A DNA stretch of 64,000 nt from Candidatus Aegiribacteria sp. MLS_C (GTDB lineage Bacteria; Fermentibacterota; Fermentibacteria; Fermentibacterales; JCC-6): positions 10,780 through 74,779 of the forward strand of contig LQBI01000007.1 of NCBI GenBank assembly GCA_002030045.1, written 5' to 3'. Positions 56,275 to 64,000 of this stretch are shown piece after piece (the first letter of the stretch is position 1; each line of letters starts with the position of its first letter). A program made the translations under genes and the position numbers. Under the pieces are notes generated by a model, which saw only the letters and a list, made by a program, of their open reading frames with translations, did not search any database and was not told the origin of the DNA.

Positions 56275-59200
56275 GTGAACAGCTTTACTCTATCGGTGGT
56301 TTTCGAGGGCAGGGAACTGCCCGGCGGTATCGAGAGCGTTCTCCGGGCCGACGTACAGCAGCTGGTACCGCCCAGGTGGGCCGATTCCCTCCTGATCACC
56401 GAACCCGGGAACGGTATTCCCGACGGCCTTATCCTGGTGGTGAACGGTAAACTCTCGCCCAGGCTTCGGAGCCACTACTACCGCTGCTTCAGGCACGGCG
56501 TGCCGGTCACCGCGCTCTGCTACCGCAGGGAACCCGAGGACGACGCCGTTGTAAAGGCGCTTTCGGCGGCCGACCGCTGCTGGAGCTTCATGTCGGTGAA
56601 CGACGGCCGTGAGCGGATCAGGACCAGTGTGCAGGAATGGCTCAAAGGACTCAACCGGGAATCTTTCCCCTACCCCGAGGGCCGTGACCTCATAGACTCC
56701 TACGGTGACGTCGAGGTACTCGAGGTGGACAGCGATTCCCTGGAGAAGGCCCGGGAGGTCTTTGTCCGCAGGGGTTTCGTCTGCCTCAGCGGACCACTGG
56801 GCGCCGGCAAGACCACCATTGCCCGCAAGCTCCTCGGTGAGGCCTTCGCCTCGGGTCTCAATCCTGTCGAGATGATCACCAGGGACCTGGATTTCCGTGA
56901 AGTGGTACGCCTGCTTACGGGTCCGGAGGACTGCGCCGTGTTCCTCGACATCGATACTCTGAGGCGTCTGGTGGGCATCTACCCGTCCCGCCTCTGGTCG
57001 CTGGTGATATCCCTCATGATAAGGGCCACCGAGACCAGGCACAGGCTCATACTCGCCACCTCCTCGACGGAGATCGCCGGAATATTCGCCGGCCACGACG
57101 ACGCCCACGTGAACCTGCCGGAACCATCCAGGGAGAGACGGTGGAGGCTGGAGGAGGGCAGGCAGGCTCTGGAATGGTTCAGGGAGATGGATTCCCTGGA
57201 CAAGGCCGAACTGCTCCTCATGGCGGCTTTCGACCCCCTGGTGGCAGAGGCCGTCTTCAAGAGGGTCCTGTTCCGGCTCCTGGACCGGCTCATGGTCCAG
57301 GAGCGCAAGCGGTTCCCGACCAGTGAAGAGCTTGAGGACTTCTATCTGAGGAGCATGGCTTCCCGAGGGATCGCTCCCTTCCGCAGGATCAGTGGAAAGG
57401 GGGAAGTGTACCTCGCCGTGAGCGATTCGGTGAAGATGTGGGCCATCGACCAGGGCATCAGGGAGCTTCTCGAGAAGGATTCCCCGGTCATCAGGGCTTT
57501 CATCGATACGCTGATGGAGAACGAGGAGCCCAACATCAGGAGGGCCGGCTACTTCCTCGCGGGCTTCTACGGAAGCCTCTCCGACGAGGTCAAGGCGAAA
57601 CTGCTCCTGCATATAGCATCGGAGAAGACCCGTCTCGTGCTTCAGGATGTTCTCAACACGCTGCTCAGCCGCCGGGAGGACCTGGACGATTCCATAGTCA
57701 GCATGTTCGGTGTGATGATGGCAAGGGGCAGCGGGGAGGTGAGGGAATCGGTAGCTGAGACACTGGGCCGGAAGTGGGTCCTGGAGTCCCGAAGGCTCCG
57801 GGGCATCGTGGAACAGGCCGCAGAGGACCCCGAGCCCTCCGTAAGAGGCAGGTTCCTGGAGGGCCTCACTATGTGGGGGATTTCCGGAAGGGGCATGGAG
57901 ATGTACAGGTCCTTCCTCGAGGATGATTCCTTCGAGGTCCGGCGGGACCTGATGCTCCACCTGGGAAGCGAGTTCCCACAGCTTGATGCAAAGGAGCTGG
58001 CCGTCCTCAACGATGTGCTGGAAAAGGGCGACCCGCGTCATATGACCAGCCTTATAATGGGGCTCCTGGACAGGAAACCTGAGGATTTCAATCAGGTGTT
58101 CAACGACCTGCTGTGGGTGCTCATGGAGAGGCTTCCACCCGGCGGCAAGGGACAGCTTGCATGGAGGATAGGCGCCAGGCTCAGGTTCTTCAGTCCCGAA
58201 GTCAGGGCTTCTCTGAGGAGCGACCTCAGCGAGGAGGACACGCTCCTTGTCACGAGATGCATGCTTATGAACTACTCGTTCCTTTTCGAGGAGGAGAAGA
58301 GGACCCTCTGGGAACTCGCAGGGGAGAGGACAGCCAGGAACAGGGAGTTCGCCAGCATGGTCCTCCGATACTACAACATCATGGAGGAGGAAATGAGGGA
58401 CAGGCTCCTCCGCAGCGTTCTGGAATCCGACAGACCCGAGGGCAGGGACGCCCTGAGCCAGCTTGTATGCCTAGGCAGGACCGATCTCACGGAGGCTTCG
58501 GCCAGACTGGCCGCCAGCATTCTGAAGAGCAGCGATTTCGAGAAGAGGGCGGCGCTGCCCTTCTTTCTGCTCTGGAACATGGAAGACCTCGGCGGTACGG
58601 CGGAAGACTGCCTCGGATCACTGGTAAGGGATCCCTCGTCCTACGTCAGGAGAAGACTGGCTTCTTCGATCAGGGACCTGGGCGGTGAAGACGGGTTTTT
58701 CACGGAACTACTCGATTCGCTGGCATCTGACGAGAAGCGGGCGGTGAGGGCCGAGGTGGCGCTCTGCCTGGGCGAGCTGGAGAAGGCGGATTCCCCCGAG
58801 GTGAGCCAGGTCCTGGCCTGCCTGCTGCGGGATGAAGATACCTTTGTACGTCTCAGCGGTCTTTCCGGTCTGCTTAACAACGTGATGGTCTCCCGGGACA
58901 AACTCAGGCCCATCATGCTCTCGGCGCTTTCAGACCCGGCTCCCGATGTCAGGATCGAGGCTATCAAGGGACTTCGGCGGCGCCCCGACCTCCAGTCTGC
59001 GGAGGGCGTGGACGGAATTCTTGCGGACCGTTTCGCCGACCCCGACAGGAACGTGCGCATGGAGGTGGTACGCCTGGTGACAGATACTCCAGGGCTGCTG
59101 GGTTCCGAGGTGATAAGGAAGAGGATGCCGGACATCCTCCTGGACAGGCTCTCCACGGGACACGCCATTTCCGAGGAACTCAACATGGCAAGGAAGATAC

Positions 59201-59889
59201 AGCTCGATCTACTGCCCGACCGCCCTCCAACCCCCGACAAGTGCGACATAGAGATATTCTACAGACCCGCCAGGGAGGTAGGCGGCGATTATTTCGACTT
59301 CTTCCAGCTGCCGGACCGCAACCTTGGCCTGGCCATAGCGGACGTGGCGGGCAAGGGGATCCCGGCGGCTCTCACCATGGCCGGCCTGAAAGGCAACCTG
59401 AAAGCATACGTCCAGAGCATCTATTCGATCAGCGAGATCATGCAGAAGGTCAACGAGTCGTCGGTGCTGGGAGAGGGGGATCCCATTATGACCGGACTCT
59501 TCTACGGCGTTCTGGACACCGATTCGGGAACCCTCACGTACGTCAACGCAGGCCACAATCCCCCTCTCCTTCTCAAGAGGGACGGTGCAACGAGGTGGCT
59601 GGACAGGGGCGGCCTTATTCTGGGACTGTCGAGCGGGGCCAGGTACGAGCACGAATCCGTTGGAGTCGATTCGGGAGATGTCCTGGTGCTGTACACCGAC
59701 GGCCTGACGGAGGCCATGGACCATTCGGGCAGGGAGTTCGGGACCGAAAGGCTGATGAGCGTGGTCCGCGAGAACAGGGACCTATCAGCCCACCAGATCT
59801 CCAGCGGCATTCTCGAGGCAGTCAACGGTCATGCCGGAGAACTGTCCCAGAGCGACGACCAGACACTGGTAGTGCTGAAGTACAGATGA
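56275..59889 (+). CDS. Multidomain protein: STAND-like P-loop NTPase, HEAT repeats and SpoIIE/RsbU PP2C phosphatase
   Basis: SGPLGAGKTT; repeated DPxxxVR HEAT motifs; ARKIQ, VGGDYFD, ADVAGKG, NAGHNPP, YTDGLTE and DDQT. Confidence 0.85.
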   Translation: MNSFTLSVVFEGRELPGGIESVLRADVQQLVPPRWADSLLITEPGNGIPDGLILVVNGKLSPRLRSHYYRCFRHGVPVTALCYRREPEDDAVVKALSAADRCWSFMSVNDGRERIRTSVQEWLKGLNRESFPYPEGRDLIDSYGDVEVLEVDSDSLEKAREVFVRRGFVCLSGPLGAGKTTIARKLLGEAFASGLNPVEMITRDLDFREVVRLLTGPEDCAVFLDIDTLRRLVGIYPSRLWSLVISLMIRATETRHRLILATSSTEIAGIFAGHDDAHVNLPEPSRERRWRLEEGRQALEWFREMDSLDKAELLLMAAFDPLVAEAVFKRVLFRLLDRLMVQERKRFPTSEELEDFYLRSMASRGIAPFRRISGKGEVYLAVSDSVKMWAIDQGIRELLEKDSPVIRAFIDTLMENEEPNIRRAGYFLAGFYGSLSDEVKAKLLLHIASEKTRLVLQDVLNTLLSRREDLDDSIVSMFGVMMARGSGEVRESVAETLGRKWVLESRRLRGIVEQAAEDPEPSVRGRFLEGLTMWGISGRGMEMYRSFLEDDSFEVRRDLMLHLGSEFPQLDAKELAVLNDVLEKGDPRHMTSLIMGLLDRKPEDFNQVFNDLLWVLMERLPPGGKGQLAWRIGARLRFFSPEVRASLRSDLSEEDTLLVTRCMLMNYSFLFEEEKRTLWELAGERTARNREFASMVLRYYNIMEEEMRDRLLRSVLESDRPEGRDALSQLVCLGRTDLTEASARLAASILKSSDFEKRAALPFFLLWNMEDLGGTAEDCLGSLVRDPSSYVRRRLASSIRDLGGEDGFFTELLDSLASDEKRAVRAEVALCLGELEKADSPEVSQVLACLLRDEDTFVRLSGLSGLLNNVMVSRDKLRPIMLSALSDPAPDVRIEAIKGLRRRPDLQSAEGVDGILADRFADPDRNVRMEVVRLVTDTPGLLGSEVIRKRMPDILLDRLSTGHAISEELNMARKIQLDLLPDRPPTPDKCDIEIFYRPAREVGGDYFDFFQLPDRNLGLAIADVAGKGIPAALTMAGLKGNLKAYVQSIYSISEIMQKVNESSVLGEGDPIMTGLFYGVLDTDSGTLTYVNAGHNPPLLLKRDGATRWLDRGGLILGLSSGARYEHESVGVDSGDVLVLYTDGLTEAMDHSGREFGTERLMSVVRENRDLSAHQISSGILEAVNGHAGELSQSDDQTLVVLKYR

Positions 59890-60009
59890 CCGGTGGTGCT
59901 CAAGTAAATATGACCGGCGGTGCTCAAGTAAGTATGACCGGTGGTGCTGAAGTAAAGATGATCGGTGGTGCTGAAGTAAAGATGACTGGTGGTGCTTAAG
60001 TAAAGATGA
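59866..60009 (+). repeat. Six tandem copies of a 24-bp unit spanning a stop/start junction
   Basis: Unit approximately CCGGTGGTGCTGAAGTAAAGATGA; copies end at 59889, 59913, 59937, 59961, 59985 and 60009. Confidence 0.92.
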
Positions 60010-60779
60010 GACGCACGGTATACCTCCTTTCGGACTTCGGGGAATCGGATACCTATGTGGGGCAGATGAAGGCTGTGCTGGATTCCCTGGCTCCCTACGG
60101 AACGGGAATGATCGACCTGACCCATGAAGTGGAGCGCGGATCGGTCACCGAGGGCGCCTTCCACCTCCGGGCAGCGGCGCCTTTCCTGCCAGCAGGTTCG
60201 GTGGTGCTGGCAGTGGTCGATCCCGGAGTGGGTACGGACAGGAGGGGACTGGCGGTCATATCCCGGGGTGTACACTTCGTCGGTCCGGACAACGGGCTCT
60301 TCGGCCTCCTGGAAGTGGAGAAAGCGTGGGAGCTGCCTCCGCCGCCTTCGGGATCGAGCCGCACCTTCCACGGAAGGGATCTCTTCGCGCCGTCCGCGGC
60401 GAGGATACTCCTGGACCCGGGCTGGACCGGTTCCCTCCGGCCTTTGTGCCCGTCCACCATGGTCGGTACCGGTGTGGAGCTTCCCTCGCTCAGGGATGGA
60501 GGGCTGGAGGTGACCGTGATCCATACGGACCGATTCGGGAACGTGGTGCTCTGGATGGACCCCGATGAATACGAAGACCTGGTACCCTCCGGCGTGGTGC
60601 TTCCCGACGGCGGGGAACGGTCACTGACACCGGCGGCGACCTATGGCACCAGCCGGGGACTGCTCTACCTGAGGGGCAGCCAGGGGTTCATGGAACTGGC
60701 CTTCAGCGGCGGCAGCGCAGCAGGAGTCCTGGGCATCTCTCCCGGGGACAGGATCGTGTTGAGGTTGAGCAGGGCATGA
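60006..60779 (+). CDS. SAM hydroxide adenosyltransferase / chlorinase family (DUF62)
   Basis: LSDFG, VVDPGVGTDR, GPDNG, TFHGRDLFAP and DRFGN. Confidence 0.9.
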   Translation: MRRTVYLLSDFGESDTYVGQMKAVLDSLAPYGTGMIDLTHEVERGSVTEGAFHLRAAAPFLPAGSVVLAVVDPGVGTDRRGLAVISRGVHFVGPDNGLFGLLEVEKAWELPPPPSGSSRTFHGRDLFAPSAARILLDPGWTGSLRPLCPSTMVGTGVELPSLRDGGLEVTVIHTDRFGNVVLWMDPDEYEDLVPSGVVLPDGGERSLTPAATYGTSRGLLYLRGSQGFMELAFSGGSAAGVLGISPGDRIVLRLSRA

Positions 60780-61930
60780 AGTACATCAGCCTGCTGCTGC
60801 ACGTGTACCAGCCGCCTACGCAGGACATCCGCCTGGTGGAACGTATAGACAGGGAGTGCTACCGTCCCCTTTCCGGGCTGCTCGCCTCCTCCGGGCACGG
60901 GGTCGGTCTCAACATTTGCTATTCCCTCACCGAGCACCTGGAGAGGCTGGGTTCCCCCACGCTGGAAAGGCTGTCCTCCGCGGTGGACCTGGAGTTCACA
61001 GACTCCGGAGCCTACCATCCCATATTCCCCCTCGTCGACCGTGAAGATGTTGTGAGACAGCTCAGGCTCAACAGGGAAGGGAATTCCAGGGTGCTCGGAA
61101 GCGTCTACGCACCATCCGGAGTATTCCCTCCCGAGATGGCCTATTCAGAAGCTCTGCCCGCGGTGTTCCGTAGCCTGGGGTACTGCTGGACGGTCACCGA
61201 CGACCTCCCCTGGGCGTCATCCGGCAGAAAGGTGCCCTGCGACAGCATCCCCGTTTCCCGGGGAGTTTCCGTGCTCCTGCGCAGCAATTTCTGGAGCAAC
61301 AGGATCTCCTTCCACGGTGAGGACGGAAGTAAGACGGCTGACGAGATCCTGAGCGGAATGAGGAAATGGACAGGGGAGGGGGACGCATACCTGCTTATAG
61401 CAATGGACGGAGAGACATTCGGGCATCACCGCAGGGGGGCCGTCGAGAACTTCCTGGCCCCTTTCCTGGAGAGGATCGAAGTTAACCCTGACATGGAACT
61501 CGTGACTCCGGGAAGGCTTCCGGACATATTTCCGGAACTGCCCGTACCCGTGCCGTCGGGCAGCTGGTCCACCACGGCGCCGGACATGGCCAGAGGAGTT
61601 CCGTGGCCGCTGTGGGACGACCCGGACAACCGGATACATGCACATCTCTGGAAACTGCTTCGGGAGGTGAGGGCCGCGGCACGGTCCTGTACTTCGGAGA
61701 GGGTTGCCAAACATGCGGATAAGATGTTATACTCGTGCCCGTTTTGGTGGGCTTCGGAAGGAAGGTTCGATGCACTTCAGGTCCGCCGGGGCCTGATGGC
61801 CGTTCTCGAGACCGCCAGGGCCGTGTACGACGAGACCGGTGACCGCGGAATGCTGGACAGCGCGCTCACATCCGCATTCACAGTACCGGTGGTAACCGGA
61901 GAGGATATTGCAGATGCCCAAGAAGGATAG
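60776..61930 (+). CDS. Glycoside hydrolase family 57
   Basis: LHVYQP, YHPIFP, FPPEMA, MDGETFGHH and SCPFWW. Confidence 0.87.
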   Translation: MKYISLLLHVYQPPTQDIRLVERIDRECYRPLSGLLASSGHGVGLNICYSLTEHLERLGSPTLERLSSAVDLEFTDSGAYHPIFPLVDREDVVRQLRLNREGNSRVLGSVYAPSGVFPPEMAYSEALPAVFRSLGYCWTVTDDLPWASSGRKVPCDSIPVSRGVSVLLRSNFWSNRISFHGEDGSKTADEILSGMRKWTGEGDAYLLIAMDGETFGHHRRGAVENFLAPFLERIEVNPDMELVTPGRLPDIFPELPVPVPSGSWSTTAPDMARGVPWPLWDDPDNRIHAHLWKLLREVRAAARSCTSERVAKHADKMLYSCPFWWASEGRFDALQVRRGLMAVLETARAVYDETGDRGMLDSALTSAFTVPVVTGEDIADAQEG

Positions 61931-62114
61931 GACCTTTGCCGCGAAACTGGCCCACGAGGCCAGGACGCTTCACAAGACCGACTGCCCCGTCTGTGGCAAG
62001 GAACTCGTACCGGTGGTCCTCTACGCCGCAAGGTACAACGAAGACGGACACTGGAGACCTCAGCGCCGCAGGGTCAAGGTCTGCGACTGCAACAGGGAAG
62101 AGATCTACGGTTAA
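61914..62114 (+). CDS. Small Zn-ribbon protein
   Basis: CPVC...CDC; overlaps the GH57 end. Confidence 0.6.
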   Translation: MPKKDRTFAAKLAHEARTLHKTDCPVCGKELVPVVLYAARYNEDGHWRPQRRRVKVCDCNREEIYG

Positions 62115-62128
62115 ACAGGTACCGCAGC

Positions 62129-63016
62129 ATGGGTACATCCGGGGCTCTACTCCTCACGGCCGGTTTCGGCACGAGGGCAGAGCCCCTTTCTCTTGTCCGG
62201 CCGAAATGCCTTCTCCCATGGGGGGAAACCACTGTACTCGGTTTCCTGGCGGAAAGGGCGGCTGCGCTGGATCCCGGCCTCATAGCCCTGAACGCCTCAC
62301 GTTGTCCCGAGCTTGTACTCTCGGCGCTGGACCAGGTGTGGCCGAGGGATAGATGTCGCTTATATTTCGAGGAAAGGCCGCTGGGTACTGCCGCGACGCT
62401 GTCCAGGCACTGCGGGCTGCTGTCCTCCGGTACATGGATGCTGGGGAATACCGACATGGTGATACCGGAACTGGACCTTCACGCGATGCTGAGAAGACAC
62501 AGGGAGAGCGGTGCGGCGTGGACGGCGCTGACGGGTGTGTTACCTGCTGGAGGGGATTACCGCCCCCTTCATGCGGACCGTTGCGGAAGGTTCGGACATG
62601 GCGGGGAGACCGGTACTCACTACCTGGGTATCAGCTTCATAGAGCCTTCGGTCTCCAGGCTCGCCATGGAGACGCAGTGCAGCGGAGGGCTCTTCACGGA
62701 ACTTGCGCCCCTTGCGGCCGGGAAATGCGGGGACCTCCTGGTCTTCCATCATGAAGGCCGGTGGCTGGACATGGGCAGGATGGAGCGTCTCAGGGAGAAC
62801 ATCCTCAGCGGAGGCAGTTTCGTTCATCCCACGGCCTGCATCTCCAGCGACGCGGTCCTCAGCGGATCATATCACATAGGAAGGGGCTGCATGCTTGGTG
62901 GCGGGACCGAACTTCATGACAGCGTGATGCTGGAGGGTTCGACGCTGGAAAGCGGCAGGCTTGAGAGTACCATACTTTCCTGGTACTGCAGCAGCCCGGA
63001 AGGAAAACCAAGGTGA
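62129..63016 (+). CDS. Sugar-phosphate nucleotidyltransferase (MurU-like)
   Basis: LLTAGFGTR..PLS..PKCLLP, EERPLGTA and WLDMG. Confidence 0.82.
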   Translation: MGTSGALLLTAGFGTRAEPLSLVRPKCLLPWGETTVLGFLAERAAALDPGLIALNASRCPELVLSALDQVWPRDRCRLYFEERPLGTAATLSRHCGLLSSGTWMLGNTDMVIPELDLHAMLRRHRESGAAWTALTGVLPAGGDYRPLHADRCGRFGHGGETGTHYLGISFIEPSVSRLAMETQCSGGLFTELAPLAAGKCGDLLVFHHEGRWLDMGRMERLRENILSGGSFVHPTACISSDAVLSGSYHIGRGCMLGGGTELHDSVMLEGSTLESGRLESTILSWYCSSPEGKPR

Positions 63017-64000
63017 AGGCGATGTCACCGGAGCTGGCGTCCTGGCTGCGCGGCCGGACGGACGACAGCGTAACAGTGAAGAGACTGCACGGTGACGTAT
63101 CCGGAAGGCTCTTCTGGAGGGTCTTCACGGGGAACGGTACGCATGTCCTGATGGACAGCGGCAAGATACCGGTCTGGCCATGGATCGACATACACGAACT
63201 ACTGAGGGCCAACGGTTTCAGGGTCCCCGCCATAAGGGAGATCGATACCCGGCGTGGATGGGTTCTTCAGGAGGACCTGGGCAGCCGCAGGCTTCTGGAC
63301 GTTGACGACGGTCAGTACATGAAGCTCCTGGACGAGGCCTCGGACATAATCGTCGCCATGCAGCGGAGACTGGACGGAAGGACCTGCGCCGATTCCATAG
63401 CCGGCAGGAGGAGCTTCACACCGGCTTTCTTCATGGCGGAACTGGAGAACACCCTGGAAACCCTCTTCTTCAGGCTCCTGGGAGTGCCGATGAACGAACT
63501 CCTGGAGCTTCAGAGGGAGATGAGGACCCTATGCGAGAGCATCGATCCCTCAAGCGTCTTCGTCCACAGGGACTTCCACAGTTCCAACCTCATGGTGGTT
63601 GACGGCAGGCTGGTCATGGTCGACTGGCAGGACGCCAGGTTCGGCCCGCCCGCCTACGACATAGTGAGCCTTGTTCGGGACAGTTACCGCGATCCCGGTC
63701 ACGTCTGGGAGGACAGGGCCAGGAAATTCACGCTGGCCAAGGGGAACATGAACATGTTCCAGATAGCAAGGACCGCATGCCAGAGGAGTCTGAAGGCCAC
63801 AGGCACCTTCAGTTTCCATTACAGGAAAACCGGGGATACAAGATACCTGGGTTACATCCCCAGGACCCTGAGATACCTGGCGGACTACGCACGTATATGT
63901 CCGCAGCTCGACGGCCTGGTGAGGAAGACCTACAGAACACTGGACAAGTATCACGGCGAGATAGACCTGAGGGATTTCAGGTCCGCCAACATTCCCGAAG
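63013..64000 (+). CDS. APH-family phosphotransferase (AmgK-like), runs off window end
   Basis: LHGDVSGRLFWR, QEDLG, HRDFHSSNL and DWQDARFGPPAYDIVSL; open to 64000; not in ORF track. Confidence 0.82.
   Translation, partial: MKAMSPELASWLRGRTDDSVTVKRLHGDVSGRLFWRVFTGNGTHVLMDSGKIPVWPWIDIHELLRANGFRVPAIREIDTRRGWVLQEDLGSRRLLDVDDGQYMKLLDEASDIIVAMQRRLDGRTCADSIAGRRSFTPAFFMAELENTLETLFFRLLGVPMNELLELQREMRTLCESIDPSSVFVHRDFHSSNLMVVDGRLVMVDWQDARFGPPAYDIVSLVRDSYRDPGHVWEDRARKFTLAKGNMNMFQIARTACQRSLKATGTFSFHYRKTGDTRYLGYIPRTLRYLADYARICPQLDGLVRKTYRTLDKYHGEIDLRDFRSANIPE

Noticed and set aside
59866-60009. CRISPR array
   Set aside because: Head-to-tail units without unique spacers, derived from the adjacent gene end

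Overview
GC-rich bacterial chromosomal window. It has no intact mobile element, CRISPR array or rRNA. The gene content (gingipain-like C25 peptidases and other secreted proteins with FlgD-Ig/T9SS-like C-terminal domains, an Mrp-Mbx complex) suggests an anaerobic FCB-group organism such as Ca. Fermentibacterota; that assignment is inference only. Contents in order: HU (partial); a CPBP/acyltransferase/Zn-ribbon operon; two RRM paralogues flanking arsC; an EamA transporter; a rex-led 13-gene Mrp-Mbx operon ending in a NuoI-GltD fusion; many secreted proteins; a NatAB-like ABC exporter; FTR catalytic subunit; GGDEF-STAND-TPR; tRNA-Cys followed by a CxxC peptide/4Fe-4S/TlpA trio; a partner-switching operon (STAS, RsbW-like, NTPase-HEAT-PP2C); DUF62; GH57; a MurU/AmgK-like pair. 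Best leads: (1) a split secreted beta-propeller gene with an in-frame Cys-TGA followed by a SECIS-like hairpin, a candidate new selenoprotein family; (2) a STAND-like NTPase/HEAT/PP2C protein inside a partner-switch operon; (3) an Mbx large subunit lacking the hydrogenase, sulfane-reductase and quinone-site residues; (4) a conserved four-hairpin 5' leader shared by both RRM genes; (5) a 38-bp REP-like palindrome family and a structured leader RNA near 41.8 kb. All family calls come from motif recognition by eye; no searches were run.
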